The position numbers and the translations under genes are program-made. 32,000 nt of DNA from Micromonospora sonneratiae (GTDB lineage Bacteria; Actinomycetota; Actinomycetes; Mycobacteriales; Micromonosporaceae), in assembly GCF_042679305.1 (NCBI RefSeq), contig NZ_JBHTMP010000029.1, forward strand, positions 24,267-56,266, written 5' to 3'. Shown in pieces: positions 16,784 through 24,600 of the stretch (its first letter is position 1; every line of letters starts with the position of its first letter). The notes below the pieces were generated by a model. That model did not search any database and was not told the origin of the DNA. It was given only the letters and a program-made list of their open reading frames with translations.

Positions 16784-16961
16784 GTGTGGCGACTCCTTAA
16801 TGGCCATTGCACAAAATTTTAGGTGTCTAGTGCTGGCGGGCGTAGTGTCGCAAACCCGACAGTGCGTGTCGTGTATGTCTCATTTATTCGCAAATTTAGT
16901 TCCCCTTTGGTGCTTACGGCTGGGTAGTTACCTCTTGGTACTCACGTTGCGGTAATCGCGG
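16784..16961. promoter_or_regulatory. AT-rich divergent control region between the winged-helix pair and the lipoprotein/tad operon
   Basis: Hand count of 16801-16920 gives 59/120 G+C (49%), against more than 70% in the flanking operon. Contains GCACAAAATTTTAG and CGCAAATTTAG boxes. Function is inferred from position only. Confidence 0.35.
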
Positions 16962-17681
16962 GTGTTGGGTGTAGAGGTGATTGCAGACCTTGAGATGTGG
17001 AACTTCCACGGGGGTGTCGTGGTGCTGTCGGCCGAGCGTGAGCAGACTGGTGTTGCACTCAGTGAAGTAACTACCAGTGAGCATCGCCGGAAAGCGCGCT
17101 TTCGCGGCTTCCAGTTCCTGAGCGGCTCGCCTTGGCCTCGTACCAGGCCGGTTCTTGTTGCTTTGACTCTTGCCCTTGCCCTGACCGGATGTAACAGCGG
17201 GGACGCGGGCAACCGCTCCACGCCGACTACTCCGACCTTATCGGCACCTCAAGGGGATTCCCGTTCCATAGCCGAAGCTGCAGCACTGGAGGCGTATCGC
17301 GGAATGTGGCAGGCGTACGCCAAGGCCGGGTTGACCGCGAACCCTGACGAGCCGGATCTCGCAAAGTACGCGAGCGAACGGGCGCTGTCGACGCTCCGAG
17401 AAGGGCTCGCGGGTACTAAACGCGACGGACACGTCATCAAGGGCGAGCTTGGCTCAGCTCCGCAGGTGGAGCGAGCTAGCCCAGCAGCCCAGCCGATGAC
17501 CGTAAGCATCATCGATTGCCTCAACACCGAGAAGTTTCTTACCTACACGACCTCCGGCGATCCGGTCGACGACGAGCCCGGTGGGCGTCGACTAACCAGA
17601 GCGACGGTCACGAACATCAGTACGGGCGAAGGCTGGAAAGTAACCGGCCTCGGCATACAGGCGGTAGGAACATGCAGCTAA
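16962..17681 (+). CDS. Putative lipoprotein (start uncertain)
   Basis: Lipobox LALALTGC, preceded by a basic/hydrophobic segment RTRPVLVALTLA. The mature part is soluble (EAYRGMWQAYAKAGL...). Several upstream in-frame starts are possible. The end overlaps the next gene by 10 nt. Confidence 0.6.
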   Translation: MLGVEVIADLEMWNFHGGVVVLSAEREQTGVALSEVTTSEHRRKARFRGFQFLSGSPWPRTRPVLVALTLALALTGCNSGDAGNRSTPTTPTLSAPQGDSRSIAEAAALEAYRGMWQAYAKAGLTANPDEPDLAKYASERALSTLREGLAGTKRDGHVIKGELGSAPQVERASPAAQPMTVSIIDCLNTEKFLTYTTSGDPVDDEPGGRRLTRATVTNISTGEGWKVTGLGIQAVGTCS

Positions 17682-18535
17682 AGCACTGGGCGAGCAAACT
17701 GCAAATACTGGCGGCGGCCAGTCTTTGCACCGCGGTTCTCCTCAGCGCACCAGCACACGCAGGCGATGGAGTCGGCGGGGTTGACTGCTCAGAGTTTCCC
17801 AGCGCGCAAGAGTGCGACGTAGTAGCCGGCACACCAGGTAACGGTGGGAGCACCGGTGATGGCAGTGCCGGGAACGGCGAAGGTTCGGGCAGTGGTGGGG
17901 GTAGTACGCCTTGCCGTTATGTGCGTTTGCCGCAGCAGGATCCGCCTCCGGCTGGTGCGGGTGCGGGGGGCTGGTATGTGCAGGTGTGCCGTGTGGACGG
18001 CAGTGTGTCGACGAGCCCGCCGTTGTGGCTGGCGGCGGGGCAGGTGGCTGATCCGCAGGCGTTGGCGCAGGTGGCTGTGTCGCGGCTGCGGCTTCCGGCG
18101 CCGGCGATCCGGCGGAATCCCGCTTCGGCTGCGGGGGTGATGGTCCAGGTGCCGGTGTGGCTGTGGGTGGACGGGTCGACGTGGGGGGCGCGTTCGGCGA
18201 CGGCGTCGGTGCCGGGCATGAGCGTGACCGCGACCGCGACGCCGGTCCGGGTGGTGTGGACCCCGGGCGATGGGACCGCTGATGTGGTGTGCCACGGGCC
18301 GGGTACCCCATGGCGTGCGGGTACCGATCCGCGAGCGGTGTCACCGTGCGGTCACACGTATCGGACCAGTTCTGCGGGCGTGCCGGGTAACAAGTTCACG
18401 CTCCGGGCGACGGTGACGTGGTCGGTGTCGTGGGCTGGTGGTGGGCGAAGCGGCACGGTGCCGTCGTTGATGACGTCGTCGTCGGTGGGGTTGCCGGTGG
18501 CGCAGTCGCAGTCGGTCGTGACGGGGCAACGATGA
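17672..18535 (+). CDS. Secreted protein of unknown function (signal peptide, Gly/Ser-rich linker, Cys pairs)
   Basis: ATG 17672 (M53 of track ORF 17516..18535). MQLKHWASKLQILAAASLCTAVLLSAPAHA is a signal peptide. High GC3. Confidence 0.7.
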   Translation: MQLKHWASKLQILAAASLCTAVLLSAPAHAGDGVGGVDCSEFPSAQECDVVAGTPGNGGSTGDGSAGNGEGSGSGGGSTPCRYVRLPQQDPPPAGAGAGGWYVQVCRVDGSVSTSPPLWLAAGQVADPQALAQVAVSRLRLPAPAIRRNPASAAGVMVQVPVWLWVDGSTWGARSATASVPGMSVTATATPVRVVWTPGDGTADVVCHGPGTPWRAGTDPRAVSPCGHTYRTSSAGVPGNKFTLRATVTWSVSWAGGGRSGTVPSLMTSSSVGLPVAQSQSVVTGQR

Positions 18536-19215
18536 GCGTCACGGTCGACCGTGCTCGGATCCCGGTTCCGGTGGCACAGCCGTCGAAGGATGCCGCGCGG
18601 CGGTCTGGTCAGCGCAGCGGTCGGCGGGTCGTGCTCGGGGCGTTGTTGGTGCTGCTGAGCGTGGTCGTGTTTTGGCAGGTGGATCTGCGGGCGAACGAGG
18701 GGCGGTCGTTCCTGGCTGCTGCGCGGTCGGTGGCCGCCGGTCAGGTGATTGCTGATGTCGATGTGCAGGTGGTGCGGGTGTCGAACGTGTCTGGGCTGGT
18801 GTTGCTGCCGGCTGACCAGCGTAGTCAGGTCGTGGGCCGTACTGCGGTGGTGCCGCTGGCGGTAGGCAGTTTGCTGACGGCGGCGCAGGTGGGTCCGGTG
18901 GCGTGGCCGCCGGCTGGTCAGGCGGTGATCGCGTTGCCGGTCAAACCTGGTCGTGCTCCGGCGGGGTTGGCGGCGGGAGCACGGGTTGTGGTTCTTGTGG
19001 TGCCTCCGGCGACGGTGGGGCAGGCGGCGGGCCCGGTGGGTAGTAGCGGGTCTGATGGGGTGCGGCGGGGTGTGGCCACGGTGGTGTCGGTCGAGGCCGG
19101 CGCGGATCAGGTGGGGAGCCTGTTGGTGACTCTGCTGCTGGCCGCCGACGCGGCGGAGGCGGTCGCTTCGGCTCCGGGGGATGTGTCGCTGGTGCAGCTC
19201 GGACCGGAAGGGTAG
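18532..19215 (+). CDS. CpaB/RcpC-like Flp pilus assembly protein (N-terminal TM + SAF-like domain)
   Basis: ATG 18532 overlaps the upstream TGA (ATGA). TM segment VVLGALLVLLSVVVFW followed by AARSVAAGQVIADVDVQVVRV...VVGRTAVVPLAVGSLLTAAQV, typical of the SAF/CpaB family. Confidence 0.7.
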   Translation: MSVTVDRARIPVPVAQPSKDAARRSGQRSGRRVVLGALLVLLSVVVFWQVDLRANEGRSFLAAARSVAAGQVIADVDVQVVRVSNVSGLVLLPADQRSQVVGRTAVVPLAVGSLLTAAQVGPVAWPPAGQAVIALPVKPGRAPAGLAAGARVVVLVVPPATVGQAAGPVGSSGSDGVRRGVATVVSVEAGADQVGSLLVTLLLAADAAEAVASAPGDVSLVQLGPEG

Positions 19216-19219
19216 TGCC

Positions 19220-19957
19220 GTGTTGGTCGTGTGCGCGTCGGTGTCCGGGGCTCCGGGGGTGTCAACGGCGGCGGTGGGGCTGGCAGCGGGATGGCCACAG
19301 GCCGGGGGTCTGCTGTTGGAGGCCGATCCGTCCGGGGGAGTGGCCGCTGCCCGGTTCGGCCTGGCACAGCAGCCGGGGTTGGCGTCGCTGGCAGCGGCGG
19401 CGCGCCATGGCGGCGTGGGCGGCGTCCTTTCTGCGCATGTGCAGCGGTTGCCGCTCGGTGTTGGTGTGGTGGTGGCACCGGGGTCGGCGGATGTGGCTGC
19501 CGGATCGGTCGGTGTGTTGGCCGGCTCCGCGGATGCGTTGCGGGATGTGGCGCCGGTGGTGGTCGCTGACGTGGGACGGCTCTACCCGGAAAGCCCGGCG
19601 AGGGCGTTGGTGGCTGCTGCGGACGCGGTGGTTCTGGTGACCACGCCTACGACCGAATATCTGGACCATCTCGATGCTCGCCTTGGGTGGCTGCGGAACC
19701 TGGTAGACAGGGGCTGGATCGGGTTGGCGGTCTCCGGCAGAGGGCTGTACCCGGCGGCGGAGATCGGGGCGCGGCTGGCTCTGCCGGTGTGGGCGCAGTT
19801 GCCCCGTGACCAGCGTGGAGCTGCCGTGTTGGGCGGGAGACTGGCTGGTCGGACGTGGCACCGGACTCCGCTGGCACGCGCCTTGCGTGATCTGGCCGGC
19901 ACCTTGCACTGGTTCGCGACGCGCCGTGACACCGCTCAACTTGGGGCGTTGCGGTGA
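19220..19957 (+). CDS. TadZ/CpaE-like ParA/MinD-fold protein with degenerate Walker A
   Basis: GTG 19220, 4 nt after the cpaB-like stop. VLVVCASVSGAPGVSTAAVGLA replaces the deviant Walker A KGGVGKTT and has no Lys. LLLEADPSGG and AVVLVTTPT are MinD-like strands. Confidence 0.65.
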   Translation: MLVVCASVSGAPGVSTAAVGLAAGWPQAGGLLLEADPSGGVAAARFGLAQQPGLASLAAAARHGGVGGVLSAHVQRLPLGVGVVVAPGSADVAAGSVGVLAGSADALRDVAPVVVADVGRLYPESPARALVAAADAVVLVTTPTTEYLDHLDARLGWLRNLVDRGWIGLAVSGRGLYPAAEIGARLALPVWAQLPRDQRGAAVLGGRLAGRTWHRTPLARALRDLAGTLHWFATRRDTAQLGALR

Positions 19958-21261
19958 CCGCCCCGACCGGGGTGGGTGGGGTCGCGGCTGTGCCGGAGGT
20001 CGTCGCCCGGCTGCGGACACGGGTCAGTGACCGGCTGGCAGTTCAGGGTGCGGGCCTGCCGCAGCCGGAACGGGACGCGCTCATCGCCCGATTCATTGCC
20101 GAAGAGCTCGTCCTGCACGCGCAGACGGACATCGCCGCCGGGCGGACACCACTGTCCCCGCAGATGGAGGCGGCGGTCGCCCGTGCGCTGCGGGACAGCT
20201 TCACCGGCCTCGGTGGGTTGCAGATGCTGATTGACGATCCCGAGATCGAGGATGTCTTCGTCAACGGCTGTGACAACGTGTGGATCCGTACGACCGGCGG
20301 CCGGGTACAACGGGTGGCGCCGGTGGCTGCCTCGGACGAGGATCTGGTCGAGCTGGTGCGGGTCGCCGCCGCAAGGAGCGGGCAGGAGGAGCGGCGTTTC
20401 GACCGGGGCTCGCCGGGGCTGTCACTTCGGCTGCCTGGTGGGCAGCGACTCTTCGCGGTCATGGCGGTCAGCAAACGGCCCAGTTTGTCGATCCGTCGCA
20501 ATGTGCTGCGGAAGGTCACCCTCGATGACCTGGTGCACCGGGGCGAGATGACCCTCGGCTTGCGGGAGCTTATCGCTGCGATGGTCCGCGCCAGAAAGAA
20601 CCTGGTCATCAGCGGTGGTACCGGTGCGGGCAAGACAACCCTGTTGCGGGCCGCTGCCGGGGCGATGAGCCCGCTAGAGCGCATCGTCACAGTTGAGGAC
20701 GCCTACGAACTGGGGTTGGACGAGGATACCGACCAGCACCCCAACTGCACGGCGCTGCAGCAGCGCGAGCCCAACCTCGAAGGTGTCGGCGGAATAGACA
20801 TGGCCACGATGGTGCGGTGGGGGCTGCGAATGCGTCCTGACCGGGTCATCGTCGGCGAGTCCCGGGGCGCCGAGGCTGTTCCAATGCTGATGGCGATGAG
20901 CCAGGGCAACGACGGCAGCATGTGCACCCTGCACGCCAGCTCATCGAAACAGGCACTGACCCGGCTGGCGACCTACGTCATGCAAGCCCCGGAGCGGTAT
21001 CCATTCGACGCGGCGAACATGCTCATCGGCCAGGCCGTCGACTTCGTCATCCATTTGTCGACCGCGACCGACGGCACCCGGGTGGTGTCCTCGATCAGGC
21101 AGGTCCTCGAAACGGACGGCACGCAGGTACCCAGCAACGAGATCTACCGGCCGGCTCGAGACGGCCGCGCAGTGCCAGCAGCGCCGATGCGCGCGGACAC
21201 CCTCGAAGACCTGGTGGCCGCCGGCCTGGACCCGGACCTCCTCAGTAAGGACCGGTGGTAG
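19954..21261 (+). CDS. tadA: TadA/CpaF type IV pilus (Tad) secretion ATPase
   Basis: 435 aa. Walker A ISGGTGAGKTTLLRA, Asp box RIVTVEDAYEL, Walker B RPDRVIVGESRG, His box GSMCTLHASS. GTGA overlap with the upstream gene. Confidence 0.95.
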   Translation: MTAPTGVGGVAAVPEVVARLRTRVSDRLAVQGAGLPQPERDALIARFIAEELVLHAQTDIAAGRTPLSPQMEAAVARALRDSFTGLGGLQMLIDDPEIEDVFVNGCDNVWIRTTGGRVQRVAPVAASDEDLVELVRVAAARSGQEERRFDRGSPGLSLRLPGGQRLFAVMAVSKRPSLSIRRNVLRKVTLDDLVHRGEMTLGLRELIAAMVRARKNLVISGGTGAGKTTLLRAAAGAMSPLERIVTVEDAYELGLDEDTDQHPNCTALQQREPNLEGVGGIDMATMVRWGLRMRPDRVIVGESRGAEAVPMLMAMSQGNDGSMCTLHASSSKQALTRLATYVMQAPERYPFDAANMLIGQAVDFVIHLSTATDGTRVVSSIRQVLETDGTQVPSNEIYRPARDGRAVPAAPMRADTLEDLVAAGLDPDLLSKDRW

Positions 21262-22112
21262 CCATGCGGGCAATCCTGCTCGGTCTCGCCTGCGCCGCCG
21301 GCCTGATCCTGATCCTCGACGGGCTGCGTCGCCGTCCTCCCGGCCCCGCACCGTCCGGCCGAACCCGCTGGGCCTGGACGTCGGCCGACCGAACCCGTCT
21401 CTTGGCCGCCGTCACGGGCGGGCTGGCCGCCGCTGTGCTGACCCGCTGGCCGGTAGCGGCCCTGCTCACCGCCGCCGGAGTCTGGACCCTGCCCCGTGTA
21501 CTCGGGCCCGATCGGGACCACCGGCGGTCCCTCGCGCGGATCGAGGCTATCGCCACGTGGGCCGAACTGCTGCGCGACACCCTGTCCTCGGCGGCTGGGC
21601 TGGAGCAGGCGATCACCGTGACCGCACCGGTCACCCCGTTGCCGATCCGCGCCCAAGTGCAGCGTTTGGCCGACGCCGTCCGTACCGGGGCGCGGCTGTC
21701 CGACGCCCTGCGCGCCTTTGCCGACGAGTTGGCCGATCCGACCGCGGACCTGGTAGTGCGCGCTTTGCAGCAGGCCGCCGGCTACCACGGCGGTCAGCTC
21801 ACCGAGAGTCTGACGAGCCTGGCCGCCACCGCCCGGGAACAGGCCCAGATCCGGATGCGGGTCGCCACGACCCGAGCCACGACCCGGACAGCGGCGCGGG
21901 TCATCACCGGCACCTGCGTGGTCATGGTCGCCGGCCTGATCCTGCTCAACCGAGGCTTTCTCGCCCCATACAGCACAGTCACCGGGCAGATGGTCCTGCT
22001 GCTGGTCGGCGGCATATTCGCCGGTGGCTTCTGGTGGCTGGCCCGTGCCTCGCGGATCCCCCAACCACCCCGCATCCTCAGCGGCGCCAGCCCTGACAGG
22101 ACGTCGACATGA
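21255..22112 (+). CDS. tadB: TadB-like type II secretion system F-family membrane protein
   Basis: 285 aa. N-terminal TM, a cytoplasmic helical T2SSF domain (LSDALRAFADELADPTADLVVRALQQAAGYHGGQL) and C-terminal TMs. Start is GTG 21255 or ATG 21264. Confidence 0.8.
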   Translation: MVAMRAILLGLACAAGLILILDGLRRRPPGPAPSGRTRWAWTSADRTRLLAAVTGGLAAAVLTRWPVAALLTAAGVWTLPRVLGPDRDHRRSLARIEAIATWAELLRDTLSSAAGLEQAITVTAPVTPLPIRAQVQRLADAVRTGARLSDALRAFADELADPTADLVVRALQQAAGYHGGQLTESLTSLAATAREQAQIRMRVATTRATTRTAARVITGTCVVMVAGLILLNRGFLAPYSTVTGQMVLLLVGGIFAGGFWWLARASRIPQPPRILSGASPDRTST

Positions 22113-22981
22113 GCGGTAGCGTCCTGCTCGCGGGAGCCGCAGCCGGTCTCGGGCTACTGCTCATCGTAACCGGCATGGTCCCCACGCGGCCGTCCCTCGC
22201 GCAGGCACTCGACGCCCTACGCCGCCCGCCCGCCCCGGCCACCGCCCCGCTGCCGTGGCGTACCCAGGTCCTGTCCATCCCGTGGAAGGCGCTCGGGATG
22301 CCGTTTGCCCGCACCCGGGCGGACCTCGCCGTGCTGGAACGGCCCGCCGCCACGCACCTGGCCGACCAAACCCTCGCCGTCCTGGCCGGACTCCTGCTCC
22401 CGCCGGTCGTGATTGCGCTGCTCGCGGCAGGTGGTACGGCCTTCGGCAGCGGCATCCCACTGTGGGCGTCGCTGGCCGGTGGTGTCGGTGGATGGTGGCT
22501 GGCCGAGACCACCGTGCACGCCGAAGCCGAGCGGCGCCGCGACGAGCTCCGCCACGCCTTGTCGGCCGTGCTCGACCTGGTCGTCATCTCCCTGGCCGGC
22601 GGCGCCGGACTGGAACAGGCCCTCGACGATGCCTGCTCGGACACCAGCGGCTGGGCCGCCGCCTGCCTGAATCGCGCGGTGGCGACCTCCCGGCTGCTGC
22701 GGGTACCGCCCTGGCAGTCCCTCGGCCAACTCGGCGAGGAGACCGGAGTCATCGAGCTGCAGGAGTTGGCCGCGACCATGAGCCTCGCCGGAGCCGAGGG
22801 CGCCCGGATCCGCACTTCACTGAGCATCCGCGCCGCCACCATGCGCGCCCACCAGGCCAACGCCCTGGAAGCCAAGGCCAACAGCGCGACGGAACGCATG
22901 AGCATGCCGGTGATGCTCCTGGCGGTCGGCTACATGCTGTTCCTCCTCTATCCGGCGGTCGCCGCCATCGACACGTTCTAA
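22109..22981 (+). CDS. tadC: TadC-like type II secretion system F-family membrane protein
   Basis: 290 aa. ATGA overlap with tadB, and the same TM / helical domain / TM layout. Confidence 0.8.
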   Translation: MSGSVLLAGAAAGLGLLLIVTGMVPTRPSLAQALDALRRPPAPATAPLPWRTQVLSIPWKALGMPFARTRADLAVLERPAATHLADQTLAVLAGLLLPPVVIALLAAGGTAFGSGIPLWASLAGGVGGWWLAETTVHAEAERRRDELRHALSAVLDLVVISLAGGAGLEQALDDACSDTSGWAAACLNRAVATSRLLRVPPWQSLGQLGEETGVIELQELAATMSLAGAEGARIRTSLSIRAATMRAHQANALEAKANSATERMSMPVMLLAVGYMLFLLYPAVAAIDTF

Positions 22982-23015
22982 ACCTGACCGAATCCATACA
23001 GAAGGAGTACCCGTC

Positions 23016-23216
23016 GTGCCCAGAGCACTCGCCCTACTGACCCTGGTCCGCCTCACCCTGACCGACCGGATCCGCCGCCTACGTGACAGCGGCGACCGCG
23101 GCTCCGAAACCACCGAGAAAGTGCTGTGGATCGCGTTCCTGGTCATACTCGTCGTCGGCGTGTACGCGATCTTCCAATCCAAGATCATCACGAAGATCAC
23201 CGGCATCAACCTGTAA
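23016..23216 (+). CDS. Flp-type prepilin-like small protein
   Basis: 66 aa. GTG start 8 nt after GAAGGAG. Basic leader, then DRG|SETTEKVLWIAFLVILVVGVYAIF (Gly, Glu at +5, hydrophobic helix). Confidence 0.6.
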   Translation: MPRALALLTLVRLTLTDRIRRLRDSGDRGSETTEKVLWIAFLVILVVGVYAIFQSKIITKITGINL

Positions 23217-23219
23217 ACG

Positions 23220-23666
23220 ATGACCGACGTACGCCCACGCCGACGTCGACACCGCCTCGCCGGTGACCGCGGCTCGGTTACCACCGAAATGGTGCTCTAC
23301 ACCCCGCTGCTCATGCTGCTCGTACTGCTCGGTGTGCAGTTCGCGACCTGGGGCGTGGCCCAACTCGCCGTCCAGCACGCCGCCAACCACGCGCTGCAGA
23401 CGACCCGGGTCGAAGGCGGCACCGTCGCAGCCGGACAGGCAGACGCCAACGCCATCCTCAGCCAAATCGCCGGCAGCCTCGTCAGCAACCGGCAGATCAA
23501 CGTGACCCGCACGGCCGACACCGCCACCGTCCACATCAGGGCCACCGCACCGCGGGTCGTACCGTTTCTGTCTCTCCGCGTGTCAACGACGGTGACCGCA
23601 CCGGTCGAACGGTTCCGCCCCGACACACAGGGACTCGCCGCACCAGGGAAGGCCGCCGATGAGTAG
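23220..23666 (+). CDS. TadE-like pseudopilin
   Basis: 148 aa. DRG|SVTTEMVLYTPLLMLLVLLGVQF followed by a beta-rich domain, typical of the TadE family. Confidence 0.75.
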   Translation: MTDVRPRRRRHRLAGDRGSVTTEMVLYTPLLMLLVLLGVQFATWGVAQLAVQHAANHALQTTRVEGGTVAAGQADANAILSQIAGSLVSNRQINVTRTADTATVHIRATAPRVVPFLSLRVSTTVTAPVERFRPDTQGLAAPGKAADE

Positions 23667-24129
23667 GGCCACGCCATCCAACCCTAAACGCCGGCTCGCC
23701 CGCCATTTGGCCAGGCTGCGAGACGACGAGGGCTCGGTGAGCACCGAGATCGCGCTGACCTACGTGCCGCTGATGGTCCTCGCCGCGCTGGCCATCATCG
23801 CCTGCCTGCGACTGGCCTCGGCCAACAGCGACGTGCACGCCGCCGCAGCAGCCGCCGCCCGCCAGGCATCGCTCGCCCGCACCCCAGCCGGAGCCGTCGC
23901 CGGCGGGAAGGAGACCGCCGCCGCGACCCTGCAGAGCCGGAACATGACCTGCCAACCCCACACCACCACCGTGAACACCGGCGGCATGGCCCCGGGCGGT
24001 CAGGTCTCCGTCACCGTGGTCTGCACCGTGCACCTGGAAGACCTGTTCGGGCTGGGCCTACCCGGTGCCGTGACGTTATCGGGCACCGCATCGCAGCCCA
24101 TTGACCGCTACATCGGGTCGATGCCATGA
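23659..24129 (+). CDS. TadE-like pseudopilin (second copy)
   Basis: 156 aa. DEG|SVSTEIALTYVPLMVLAALAIIACL. 8-nt overlap with the previous gene. Confidence 0.7.
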   Translation: MSRATPSNPKRRLARHLARLRDDEGSVSTEIALTYVPLMVLAALAIIACLRLASANSDVHAAAAAAARQASLARTPAGAVAGGKETAAATLQSRNMTCQPHTTTVNTGGMAPGGQVSVTVVCTVHLEDLFGLGLPGAVTLSGTASQPIDRYIGSMP

Positions 24130-24572
24130 GGCGACTACGCACCCGCCTACAGCAGATTCAGCGGGACGACCGTGGCCAGATCACCCCGTGGACGACCGTC
24201 GGCGTCCTCATCGTTCTGATCCTCGCCGGCCTCGTCCTCGACCTCGGCCTCGGCATGTCCGACAAGGTCCGGCTGCTCGACCTCGCCCAGGCCGCCGCCC
24301 GCGCAGGCGCCCGCGAAATCGACCTCGACATATACCGGACCACCGGCGCCATCCAACTCCAGCCCGCCCAGGCCGCCGCAGCAGCAAAGGCCTTCGCCCA
24401 GCAAGCCGGTGTCGAAGGGCAGGTCACCGCGTCCGCCTCCACCACCACCGTCACCGTCACCATCACCAGCACCCGACAAACCCAACTACTCACGCTCGTC
24501 GGCATCACCAGCCTGCCGGTGTCCGCGACCGCGACCGCCACCCCCCTGACCGGCGTCACTGCACCCATTTGA
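24126..24572 (+). CDS. TadG/TadE-related pilus assembly protein
   Basis: 148 aa. ATGA overlap. DDRGQITPWTTVGVLIVLILAGLVLDLGL then LAQAAARAGAREID, as in TadG-like (Rv3654c-type) proteins. Confidence 0.6.
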   Translation: MRRLRTRLQQIQRDDRGQITPWTTVGVLIVLILAGLVLDLGLGMSDKVRLLDLAQAAARAGAREIDLDIYRTTGAIQLQPAQAAAAAKAFAQQAGVEGQVTASASTTTVTVTITSTRQTQLLTLVGITSLPVSATATATPLTGVTAPI

Positions 24573-24600
24573 CCCCACCTATCTCCGACCGGGAGTCCCA

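Noticed and set aside
14869-16959. Shared 12-mer TGCGGTAATCGC at 14869-14880 and 16948-16959, considered as island-flanking direct repeats
   Set aside because: Tens of chance 12-mer repeats are expected in 32 kb. The flanks do not extend the match, and the positions do not coincide with the composition boundaries.
21144-22905. Long antisense ORFs (306 aa and 275 aa) opposite tadB/tadC
   Set aside because: These are typical high-GC antisense shadow ORFs with Gly/Arg/Pro-rich products. The sense frames encode recognisable T2SSF membrane proteins.
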